Source: a virus. From it: a DNA stretch of 64,000 bases. Both the position numbers and the translations under genes were made by a program. This document shows, in pieces, positions 45,901-53,487 of the stretch. Position 1 is the stretch's first letter. Each line of letters begins with the position of its first letter. The notes under the pieces were generated by a model. The model was given only the letters and a program-made list of their open reading frames with translations, did no database searches and was not told the DNA's origin. Where the stretch lies: positions 42,894-106,893 of IMG/VR virus record IMGVR_UViG_3300036770_001342. One strand, written 5' to 3'.

Positions 45901-46985
45901 ATCAAGCCAATCAGATATTAGATTACTATGATAGCATTAAAGATAAAGGTGCTATACCTACTGTTGATCAAATCATACAAAATTCCGGCGCATTACGTAA
46001 ACCCACAACTACATCAACTAGACCAACTAGTGTAACAGGTACACAACCTGAAACTTCACCTAGAGTTCAAGCAACTATGCGCAGACCTAGAGAAGTTAAC
46101 CCTCCTACTGATGTAGCAAGACGAGCAGGATATAGAGAAACACTGCCGGGTAATATTAATACTTCATTACCTGAATTGGTCGAAGCAGGTTTACCGGCTT
46201 CAGTATTGCGCGGTACAGGAACACAAGAACCATTAGGCGGGGATAGAGATCCGGGTACTTTTGATACTCATGGTGAAGGTGCACAAATTGACCCAAGATT
46301 GTTATCTGCGGTAAATCAATTAGTAGCAATGACAGGTACCGGTACTGCTCCATTTAAGATATCACACTTGACAGCACTTAATGATTATTATCATAATGTG
46401 AACGAACCGGGTAGTCCACATACTAAGGGTAGAGCAGTTGACTTTAAATTACAATTGCCCCCCGGCCAAGAAGCACCTACTGACAGACAGTTTAATGAAA
46501 TACAAAGTTTCTTAAAAAATTCATTAGGGTTTGATTATGTAAGCAACGAGTATAAGCAAAAATCAGCAGGATGGACTGGTCCACACATACACGCACATTT
46601 TGATGATCCAGAAAAAACTATGATGGGTGGCGATAATTTTCAAATCCCTACTGATATGTTGCAGGCAGCATTAGGCGGAATAGCATCAGGTCCAAAATCA
46701 GGATATCCCGCAATGCTTCATGGAAACGAAATTATAGTCCCATTAGACCCTAATAGTATTCTTGCTGATTTAGGTAAAAAATCACAAGAACAAATTAAAA
46801 CAGAAATGACAACATTTGAAAAATCTATGTCGTCAGATACTATAGATCCTAATATGATCAAAGACATTACTAGACAAAATCAGCAATTAATGGAAATGTT
46901 GGGTAGTAAGTTAGATAACGTCATTAATAAATTAGACACAGGCAACGATACTCAAAGCAAGATATTACAATATAGCCAAGCATAA
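42993..46985 (+). CDS. Tape measure protein with Pro/Thr-rich linkers and a C-terminal M15-like peptidase
   Basis: Long Ala/Gln helical N-terminal half. SPHTKGRAVDF (H-x6-D) and GPHIHAH (HxH) zinc ligands. GGIASGP.SGY...LHG.E.IVPL tail motif. Next to the chaperone genes. Confidence 0.75.
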   Translation: MTPEQLQELSNNLSDLRAAINQIAGSSSIMASSLNRTIQGLGQVDPAFRRAASALGESVDRTRQAGNAIQQEQQIAAQTIKRNAQDQESATRGYVSSLRNLTNGLTSATTSLQNLSGVAGIAGNAVSSLGVKMGAAGEKADAFGKFVENVGGDILRQAEAYNSLRNALQRLGGAGEQTASSLYAYAKAAGLHQDTLNYMLAPMRTLGNSIISLGKGAGDAQRAFMEMLQVSDDQRAMFARLGMFQEDLIARQADYVAQQTAAGISIRNMNTDMQSLRKASLDYVRSLYDLSALTGQSIEQEREKQKEAVYERRLMTEMFAKQAEAARLRREADEAEALGTPEGLEEARRKRGEAAALDRQVQAQEKLIRSLSELPKEMRDGIIGAMTTGGIVNEGAEVLARQGVLDDILEITTNLKDRAERGEQVDPEMEAQRIMQIIGEGQAKNAEVLKNALLVGGDDLAKKLGFSIRDIEFARDQLGRDRPAELEAARRRREAAEAPGADRAADTAAALQNLSINANQLSNELTAATSPFIQSFNLMTNTAEGTSTVLGKLGQAAVDAITGLLEFGSGVTGGAATIPEKFAGLPTQGGSSTIGRRPPVDQQVTTAPPPPPTTTATPVVAPPATTPVTTPVTGTQSQPVAPTQAPTTVPAGTAQPAPSATSTPVPTYTPITVETNLGNRITLNAGAVGKIAGQIREGKNRDQLRNEIKKLIGTNTGYNTATIDKVIDKVAESSNLPKPAGSQAVAPTTAQPAAPATEVATPTTEPVVPTTAQPTPATAPIVAPPTTAAVTPEPARPAERPVTTVQPQVETTGKIPADLPAQEFTPSADLKNWIRSQIRRGLRRDAVRNALIANGYTPQQADIALTAELGNIPGQIAQPTTPVTTARPETTPATGAARPTTSGAAPTTGGSSRPNRPAATTGTGPTDFDLSTPNTIDTVSPDQRSWQNRENELRDRLSDMLRNKKTITKDQANQILDYYDSIKDKGAIPTVDQIIQNSGALRKPTTTSTRPTSVTGTQPETSPRVQATMRRPREVNPPTDVARRAGYRETLPGNINTSLPELVEAGLPASVLRGTGTQEPLGGDRDPGTFDTHGEGAQIDPRLLSAVNQLVAMTGTGTAPFKISHLTALNDYYHNVNEPGSPHTKGRAVDFKLQLPPGQEAPTDRQFNEIQSFLKNSLGFDYVSNEYKQKSAGWTGPHIHAHFDDPEKTMMGGDNFQIPTDMLQAALGGIASGPKSGYPAMLHGNEIIVPLDPNSILADLGKKSQEQIKTEMTTFEKSMSSDTIDPNMIKDITRQNQQLMEMLGSKLDNVINKLDTGNDTQSKILQYSQA

Positions 46986-46986
46986 C

Positions 46987-46994
46987 AATAAATA
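46987..46994 (+). promoter_or_regulatory. Late promoter (AATAAATA) for the portal gene
   Basis: Intergenic TAAATA about 22 nt before the ATG. Confidence 0.6.
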
Positions 46995-47016
46995 CTACAT
47001 AACCTAAAACCATATT

Positions 47017-48819
47017 ATGCCATTTAAAAAGAAATTTGTTAACAAATCGGGTATTTCTAGCCCTATATCAGGTGCCAATAGCAATAGCGGCGCTTGGAAT
47101 GGTGGTGCAGGACAGAATGTAAACCCAACAGGTGGCTGGAATAATAATGATTTTGGTTATAAAAATTATATGTCACGTTTGCCGGAAGTATATACCGGAC
47201 ATCCAAACAGAATTGAGCGTTATAATCAATATGAAATGATGGATGTTGATGCTGAAATTAACGCTTGCTTAGACATTATCAGCGAATTCAGTACACAGAA
47301 AAACGAACACAACAAAACACCATTTAATCTAGAATTTAAAATTGATCCCACACCGCACGAAATTAATATACTAAAAGAGCAGTTACAACAGTGGTGTAAA
47401 TTAAACGAATTTGATCAGAGAATTTTTAAAATATTCCGTAACGTCATCAAGTATGGCGATCAAGTATTTGTACGCGATCCAGAAAACTTTAAGTTATATT
47501 GGGTCGATATGGTTAAAGTTATTAAAGTTATTGTTAACGAAAGTGAAGGTAAACTTCCAGAACAATATGTACTAAAAGATTTAAACATTAATCTACAAAA
47601 TTTATCAGTTGCACAGAAAACTAATACAGATTTTGCTGCTAACCCAGCAACTGGATTAGGCGGTACTGGTGGCGGTACAAATACACCTTATACAGTACCT
47701 GCAATGCCATATAATACGACTGGATCACGTTTCACATTAGGTCAAAGTGAAAGTGCTATAGACGCGAAACACATAGTTCATTTAAGTTTAACTGAAGGGC
47801 TTGACCGCTTTTGGCCTTTTGGTCAGTCTATATTAGAAAACATCTTTAAAGTATACAAGCAGAAAGAATTGCTTGAAGATGCGGTATTGATCTATCGTGT
47901 ACAACGTGCACCAGAACGCAGACTATTCAAAATTGATGTTGGTAACATGCCAAGTCACATGGCTATGGCTTATGTAGAACGTATTAAAAATGAAATACAC
48001 CAACGCAGAATTCCAAGTGTTTATGGTGGTCAATCAATCGTAGATGCTACCTATAATCCACTATCAATGAACGAAGATTACTTCTTCCCAGTCACCGCAG
48101 ACGGTCGCGGATCAAGTGTAGAAGTTATGCCTGGTGGACAGAATTTAGGCGAAATTGATGACTTGCGTTACTTTAATAACAGATTGGCACGTGGTTTACG
48201 TGTACCAAGCAGTTATCTACCAACTGGACCAGACGATAGCCAAACACCATTAAGTGATGGTCGTGTTGGTACAGCAATGATTCAAGAATATCGCTTTAAT
48301 CAATATTGCGAAAGATTACAAAGTTATATTGCAACTAAACTAGACGAAGAATTTAAGTTATTCTTACGTTGGAGAGGCTTCAATATAGATAGTGGATTGT
48401 TTCAATTAGAATTTAATCCACCGCAAAACTTTGCCGCCTATCGCCAAAGTGAATTAGATACAGCAAGAGTAAACGTATTCAGTTCAATTGAACAATTGCC
48501 ATATATCAGTAAGCGTTTTGCTATGGAACGTTTCTTAGGTCTTACAGAAGATGAAATCAATAAGAACGAAAAATTATGGCGTGAAGAGAACGGCAAAGAA
48601 GTACTTGAAGAGCCATCAGGTAGCGATCTACGCAGTGTAGGCGTCAGTGTTAGCGACATTGAATCGGATACAGAAACTGGTGAACAAATGGCAGAACCAG
48701 AAGCGGGAACAGAACAAGGTGCTGAAGTTGCAGGTCCCGTTGCTGGAGGAGCAGGTGGCGCACCCGGTGGCACAGCAGCACCAACAGCGCCAGCCACTCC
48801 CGCAAGTCCTCCAGCATAA
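47017..48819 (+). CDS. gp20: Portal protein, T4 gp20-like
   Basis: LLEDAVLIYRVQRAPERRLFKIDVGNMP, SMNEDYFFP...GRGS.VE.MPGGQNLGEIDD..YF...L.R.LRVP.S. Confidence 0.95.
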   Translation: MPFKKKFVNKSGISSPISGANSNSGAWNGGAGQNVNPTGGWNNNDFGYKNYMSRLPEVYTGHPNRIERYNQYEMMDVDAEINACLDIISEFSTQKNEHNKTPFNLEFKIDPTPHEINILKEQLQQWCKLNEFDQRIFKIFRNVIKYGDQVFVRDPENFKLYWVDMVKVIKVIVNESEGKLPEQYVLKDLNINLQNLSVAQKTNTDFAANPATGLGGTGGGTNTPYTVPAMPYNTTGSRFTLGQSESAIDAKHIVHLSLTEGLDRFWPFGQSILENIFKVYKQKELLEDAVLIYRVQRAPERRLFKIDVGNMPSHMAMAYVERIKNEIHQRRIPSVYGGQSIVDATYNPLSMNEDYFFPVTADGRGSSVEVMPGGQNLGEIDDLRYFNNRLARGLRVPSSYLPTGPDDSQTPLSDGRVGTAMIQEYRFNQYCERLQSYIATKLDEEFKLFLRWRGFNIDSGLFQLEFNPPQNFAAYRQSELDTARVNVFSSIEQLPYISKRFAMERFLGLTEDEINKNEKLWREENGKEVLEEPSGSDLRSVGVSVSDIESDTETGEQMAEPEAGTEQGAEVAGPVAGGAGGAPGGTAAPTAPATPASPPA

Positions 48820-48822
48820 ATA
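48816..48822 (+). promoter_or_regulatory. Late promoter (ATAAATA), 5 nt before the 48828 ATG
   Basis: ATAAATA-ATATT-ATG. Confidence 0.55.
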
Positions 48823-48827
48823 ATATT

Positions 48828-49052
48828 ATGAAACTATTGGAAATGTTCAATCCACCTGTTCCTGGATTTCAAGATGTTAATACAGACAATAGTAAACCAA
48901 CTTGGCGCACAAGCCGCAAAACTAAACTGACTTTAAAGCAATTAAGAAAGTTAAGAAAGATGTTGGATGTTCGTAATTATGAAAAGAAAGAATATCTAAA
49001 AAAAGTCAAAGAGCAGTATAGTCAAGCAAATAACGCTCAACCATCAGCCTAA
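48828..49052 (+). CDS. Small basic head-module protein (74 aa)
   Basis: Between the portal and core genes. RKTKLTLKQLRKLRKM. Confidence 0.7.
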   Translation: MKLLEMFNPPVPGFQDVNTDNSKPTWRTSRKTKLTLKQLRKLRKMLDVRNYEKKEYLKKVKEQYSQANNAQPSA

Positions 49053-49116
49053 TTTTGTAAAAAACACCAAAAACGTAAAAAAATCGCACTTATTGAACAG
49101 TTTTTAGTGATACTCA

Positions 49117-49123
49117 CTAAATA
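49117..49123 (+). promoter_or_regulatory. Late promoter (CTAAATA) with upstream A-tracts
   Basis: Precedes AGGAG RBS and ATG at 49160. Several A5-7 tracts at 49059-49083. Confidence 0.6.
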
Positions 49124-49159
49124 ATTCTACAAAGCCATTTACATCCAGGAGAATCAAAA

Positions 49160-49966
49160 ATGGAAAATAAGAAATACGAGCAGCTTATTGACCTAATCAT
49201 CAATGAGCAGGAAGACAAGGCACGTGAACTATTTCACGAAATCGTCGTAGAAAAGTCCAGAGAAATCTATGAGTCAATCATGGATGAAGAAGTTATGGCA
49301 GAAGCCCATGGCGAAGAAGATATGGACGAAGGAATGCATGGTCAAGTCGGTGATTTATTAGACGAAATTAACGTCGAAGAAACCGGCATGACTGAAGAAG
49401 AATCAGACGATATTCAGTTTGACGATGAAGCCGAAGAAGCCGGTGACGAACTTACTCACGATGCAGAAGAAATGCACGATGAAGAAGGTTCAGTTGACAA
49501 GGCTGAATTAGGCGACATTAAGGACAAATTAGATGATCTAATGGCTGAATTCGAAGCCCTAATGAGCGGCGGCGAAGGCAGCGAAGAGGAAGAAGTTGTA
49601 GGTGATGAAGAAGAAGTCGTTGCTGAAGCAGTAAATCTAAAGCAAGTAGGCGGTAAAACTTACAACACTTTCGGTAAGATGGGTGATGACGGCGCAGATA
49701 AGAAGAGCCCAGTACCAGCAAATTCAGGCGCAAAGGGAATGGACAGCAAGCCTGTTAAATTCTCAGGCGATCATGAGGCTGTCCCAACTGGTCCAAAAGG
49801 CCCAAGCAATGCATATGCAAAAGGCGAAAAGGATCTTCCAGGCGCAGGCAACTTTAAGAATGTTCCAGGTAAGGACAATTTTAAAGAAAAAGGCGAATCA
49901 GCACCTAAGGCAGTTACATCACAGGCTAGTGGTGTAAACAACAAAAGCCCAGTTGCTAAGGGCTAA
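49160..49966 (+). CDS. Prohead core protein (gp67/68 position), very acidic
   Basis: E/D-rich, between the portal and protease genes. Confidence 0.6.
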   Translation: MENKKYEQLIDLIINEQEDKARELFHEIVVEKSREIYESIMDEEVMAEAHGEEDMDEGMHGQVGDLLDEINVEETGMTEEESDDIQFDDEAEEAGDELTHDAEEMHDEEGSVDKAELGDIKDKLDDLMAEFEALMSGGEGSEEEEVVGDEEEVVAEAVNLKQVGGKTYNTFGKMGDDGADKKSPVPANSGAKGMDSKPVKFSGDHEAVPTGPKGPSNAYAKGEKDLPGAGNFKNVPGKDNFKEKGESAPKAVTSQASGVNNKSPVAKG

Positions 49967-49987
49967 TAAAAGGTAACTTGGAGAACA

Positions 49988-50629
49988 ATGGCTTTGTATC
50001 TACGAGAACACCTAACGTTTGATAGAGCAAACATGATCGTTGAGTCTGTCAATGAACAGGGCACCGATCTAAAGACCCTCTATATGAAGGGCATCTTTAT
50101 TCAGGGCGGGGTAAAGAACGCGAACGAGCGTGTTTATCCCGTTTCTGAAATTGAAAATGCTGTAACTACTTTAAACAAACAAATACATGAAGGTTACTCT
50201 GTATTGGGTGAAGTTGATCACCCAGATGATCTAAAGATCAATTTAGACCGTGTGTCACACATGATCACAAGTATGTGGATGGATGGCGCAAACGGTTTCG
50301 GCAAACTAAAGATTTTACCAACTCCAATGGGTCAATTAGTAAAGACTATGTTGGAGAGTGGTGTGAAACTAGGCGTTTCAAGTCGTGGATCAGGTAATGT
50401 AAGCGACTTAGACGGCAAAGTAAGTGATTTTGAAATAATCACTGTTGATATAGTTGCACAACCAAGCGCACCTAATGCATATCCTAAAGCAATTTATGAA
50501 AGCCTCATGAATATGAAGCACGGTCATAAAGTTTTAGAAATTGCTAGAGACGCAAGGGGCAACAAAAAGGTACAAAATTACTTGGGCGAGGAAGTAAAAC
50601 GCCTCATCAAGGAATTGAAAATTAAATAA
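49988..50629 (+). CDS. gp21: Prohead core protease, T4 gp21-like
   Basis: GIFIQ..VKNANERVYP, LGEVDHP, LDRVSH, TPMG, LGVSSRGSG, DIVAQPSAPNAY. Confidence 0.95.
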   Translation: MALYLREHLTFDRANMIVESVNEQGTDLKTLYMKGIFIQGGVKNANERVYPVSEIENAVTTLNKQIHEGYSVLGEVDHPDDLKINLDRVSHMITSMWMDGANGFGKLKILPTPMGQLVKTMLESGVKLGVSSRGSGNVSDLDGKVSDFEIITVDIVAQPSAPNAYPKAIYESLMNMKHGHKVLEIARDARGNKKVQNYLGEEVKRLIKELKIK

Positions 50630-50637
50630 TAGGGGAT

Positions 50638-51756
50638 ATGAGCATGTTAGATGCTATCAAACCATTACTAGAAAGTGGTCTAATCAACGAAGATGTCGGC
50701 AACGAACTTAATAAGTTGTGGGAATCAAAGTTGATGGAAGCCCGCGATCAAGTGCGTGGCGAACTCCGTGAAGAGTTTGCACAACGTTACGAACATGATC
50801 GTACTGTTATGGTAGAAGCCCTTGACAAGATGATGACCGAAAATCTCGCAACTGAAATTTCAGAATTTCATGAAGAGAGAAAGGCATTTAACGAAGATAG
50901 AGTAAAAGCCAAAGTACAATTACAAGAACACGCAAGCAAATTCAATGATTTTCTTGTTACTAAATTAGCAGAAGAAATTCGTGAGTTGCGTAATGATCGT
51001 AAAGTGTATATGGAAAATCAACAAAAACTTGAAAAATTTGTAGTTCATGCTCTTGCAAAAGAGATTAAAGAATTTACACAAGATAAACAAGCAGTTGTTG
51101 AGGCTCGTGTCAAGTTAGTTGCTGAAGGTCGTGAAAAACTAGAAGCATTAAAACAAAAATTTATTGCTGAAAGCGCAAGTCGTGTAAAATCACTAGTTGC
51201 GTCACATCTTGAAGGTGAACTATCACAGTTGAAGGAAGATATTAAATCAGCCCGTGAAAATAACTTTGGACGCAAATTGTTTGAAGCATTCGCTAGCGAG
51301 TATTCAGTAACTTATCTAAACGATAAGGCTGAAGCACGTAAGTTAATGAAGGCAATGGAAGAAAAAGAAAAGGCATTGGCTGAAGCAGCAAAAGTTGCCC
51401 AAGAGGCAGTCAAACTTGCTGAATCAAAGGATCGTGAAGTCCGCATTATTAAAGAATCAACTCAGCGTGAAAAGGAAATGGAAAAACTTCTTGCTCCTTT
51501 AAACAAAGAGAAGGCTGAAGTAATGAAGGCTTTACTAGAAAGCGTACAAACACCAAAATTACAGTCCGCTTTCGATAAGTATTTACCAGCAGTTCTTAAC
51601 ACTGGAAACCCAAAGGCAGGCGCTAAAACTGCCCTAACAGAAAGTGTTATTAAAGAAGTGACTGGTGATAAAGAAACTGCCAAAAAAGAAGTTGAAAAAG
51701 ATCCGGTTGTTGAAAACAACTTGATTGATTTCAAGCGTCTGGCAGGGCTTAAGTAA
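50638..51756 (+). CDS. gp22: Prohead core scaffold protein, T4 gp22-like
   Basis: Long charged coiled coil between gp21 and the major capsid gene, with several (L/I)xE-S candidate cleavage sites. Confidence 0.8.
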   Translation: MSMLDAIKPLLESGLINEDVGNELNKLWESKLMEARDQVRGELREEFAQRYEHDRTVMVEALDKMMTENLATEISEFHEERKAFNEDRVKAKVQLQEHASKFNDFLVTKLAEEIRELRNDRKVYMENQQKLEKFVVHALAKEIKEFTQDKQAVVEARVKLVAEGREKLEALKQKFIAESASRVKSLVASHLEGELSQLKEDIKSARENNFGRKLFEAFASEYSVTYLNDKAEARKLMKAMEEKEKALAEAAKVAQEAVKLAESKDREVRIIKESTQREKEMEKLLAPLNKEKAEVMKALLESVQTPKLQSAFDKYLPAVLNTGNPKAGAKTALTESVIKEVTGDKETAKKEVEKDPVVENNLIDFKRLAGLK

Positions 51757-51779
51757 GACATAATTAGGAGATAATGAAA

Positions 51780-52976
51780 ATGTCAAAAGTACTCTTAGAA
51801 AGCCGTTGGGACGAGACCAAGGAAGCCCTACTAGAAGGCTTGAAAGGAACTCGCCGCGGAACAATGGGTGTAGTATTAGAAAACACTCGCAAACAGTTGC
51901 TCGCAGAATCTACTGCTGGCACAACAACTGCTGGTAATATCGCAACTCTAAATCGCGTTATTCTTCCAGTAATTCGTCGTGTTATGCCAACTGTTATTGC
52001 TAACGAACTAGTCGGCGTACAGCCAATGACTGGTCCAGTTGGTCAAATCCACACATTACGTGTACGTTATGCTAACAGCTTGCAGGATAACTCAGCAGCA
52101 CAAACATCAGTAACAGCTGGTGAAGAAGCATTGAGCCCATTCAAGATTGCACAGGCATACTCACGTACAACTCTATCTGCTCCAAGCACTAATGCATACA
52201 CTGGTGCCGACACAGCAACATTAGAGGGTAACGGTGGTAAGCAAATCAGCGTACAAATCTTACGTCAGGCTGTTGAAGCCAAATCACGTAAGTTGCAAGC
52301 ACGCTGGACATTTGAAGCAGCACAAGACGCACAATCACAACACGGTATTGACGTTGAAGCAGAAATCATGGCAGCACTTGCTCAAGAAATCACTGCTGAA
52401 ATCGATCAAGAAATCTTGTTGTCATTGCGCACTCTTGCTTCAACTGAGTTCACATACAACCAAGCAACTGTATCAGGTACAGCAACTTATGTTGGTGACG
52501 AACACGCTGCTCTAGCAGTTCTAATCAACCGCGTTGCAAACTTGATTGCACAGCGCACTCGTCGTGGTGCAGGTAACTGGGCTGTTGTTTCATCAGCTTC
52601 ATTAACTGTTCTACAGTCAGCAACAACTTCAGCATTCGCAAGAACAACTGAAGGCACATTCGAAGCACCAACTAACACTAAGTTTGTTGGTACATTGAAC
52701 GGTGCAATGCGCGTATTCGTTGACTCATATGCCCCAGATACACAGGCTGTTCTAGTCGGTTATAAGGGTTCAAGTGAGACAGACGCAGCAGCATTCTACT
52801 GCCCATACATTCCATTGATGAGCAGTGGCGTTGTTCTAGATCCATCAACATTCGAACCAGTCGTGTCATTCATGACACGTTATGGCTATATCGAATTAAC
52901 TAACACTGCTTCAAGCTTCGGCAACGCAGCAGACTACGTTGGTGAGATCGCTGTACAGAACCTAACTTTCCAATAA
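51780..52976 (+). CDS. gp23: Major capsid protein, T4 gp23-like
   Basis: LP.IRR.MP..IA.ELVGVQPMTGPVGQI..LR, VEAKSRKL.A.WT.E.AQD....HG.D.E.E...L..EI..EID.E, FYCPYIPL, F.P...F.TRYG. Start 51780 fits the AGGAG spacing better than 51774. Confidence 0.97.
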   Translation: MSKVLLESRWDETKEALLEGLKGTRRGTMGVVLENTRKQLLAESTAGTTTAGNIATLNRVILPVIRRVMPTVIANELVGVQPMTGPVGQIHTLRVRYANSLQDNSAAQTSVTAGEEALSPFKIAQAYSRTTLSAPSTNAYTGADTATLEGNGGKQISVQILRQAVEAKSRKLQARWTFEAAQDAQSQHGIDVEAEIMAALAQEITAEIDQEILLSLRTLASTEFTYNQATVSGTATYVGDEHAALAVLINRVANLIAQRTRRGAGNWAVVSSASLTVLQSATTSAFARTTEGTFEAPTNTKFVGTLNGAMRVFVDSYAPDTQAVLVGYKGSSETDAAAFYCPYIPLMSSGVVLDPSTFEPVVSFMTRYGYIELTNTASSFGNAADYVGEIAVQNLTFQ

Positions 52977-53001
52977 TAGTTGGATTGTTGTTCAAAAGAT
53001 T

Positions 53002-53028
53002 GGGCGCCTTGTGCGCCCTTTCTTTTTT
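53002..53028 (+). terminator. Rho-independent terminator after the capsid gene (possibly bidirectional)
   Basis: GGGCGC-CTTGT-GCGCCC followed by TTTCTTTTTT. AAAAGA upstream could serve the opposite strand. Confidence 0.85.
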
Positions 53029-53395
53029 ATGTTATGGTAATGTCTGCGTCTACAGTCATGTTCATAACTGATTTACGACCTTTTTTCAAACGTTTTTGAT
53101 ATAGACTACTACAGTTTAAACAAAGAGTTTTTAGATTACTTTCTTTTTTATTTTTCTTATTACCATCTTTGAATACAATATCCATTTGACATTTATCTTG
53201 CGCTTTAAACCCGCAAAATTCACATTTTGTTTTTTTATATTGTAGATATTTGTGTTTGTCGCTGTATAATATTTTGCTACAATCTACACAATATTTGTGC
53301 CATTTTTTAAATCCTAATTTGCTAATGCCGTTTGGTTTAGCAGGCACAATCTTACAATTAAGGCACAATGGTCTTGATTTTTGCTTAGTTAGCAT
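53027..53395 (-). CDS. Zn-binding HNH-like protein lacking the catalytic histidines
   Basis: CLNC, CVDC, CEFC, CLNC pairs. MDIVFKDGNKKNKKESNLKTLCLNCSS aligns to the HNH pattern xxHHxDGNxxNNxxxNLxxLCxNCH. Start set at 53395 by the CTAAATA-N5-ATG arrangement. Confidence 0.6.
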   Translation of the reverse strand: MLTKQKSRPLCLNCKIVPAKPNGISKLGFKKWHKYCVDCSKILYSDKHKYLQYKKTKCEFCGFKAQDKCQMDIVFKDGNKKNKKESNLKTLCLNCSSLYQKRLKKGRKSVMNMTVDADITIT

Positions 53396-53400
53396 ACACA

Positions 53401-53407
53401 TATTTAG
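53401..53407 (-). promoter_or_regulatory. Late promoter (CTAAATA), 5 nt before ATG 53395
   Basis: CTAAATA-TGTGT-ATG. Confidence 0.55.
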
Positions 53408-53457
53408 AAAAAAGTTCTAATTGGATCTTTTTTTCGCACCTTATAAATTTTTATTTT

Positions 53458-53465
53458 GATAAATA
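53458..53465 (+). promoter_or_regulatory. Late promoter (GATAAATA) for the fibre gene
   Basis: Followed by GAGG RBS and ATG at 53488. Confidence 0.65.
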
Positions 53466-53487
53466 TTAAAATAGAGGACTTGTGTAG

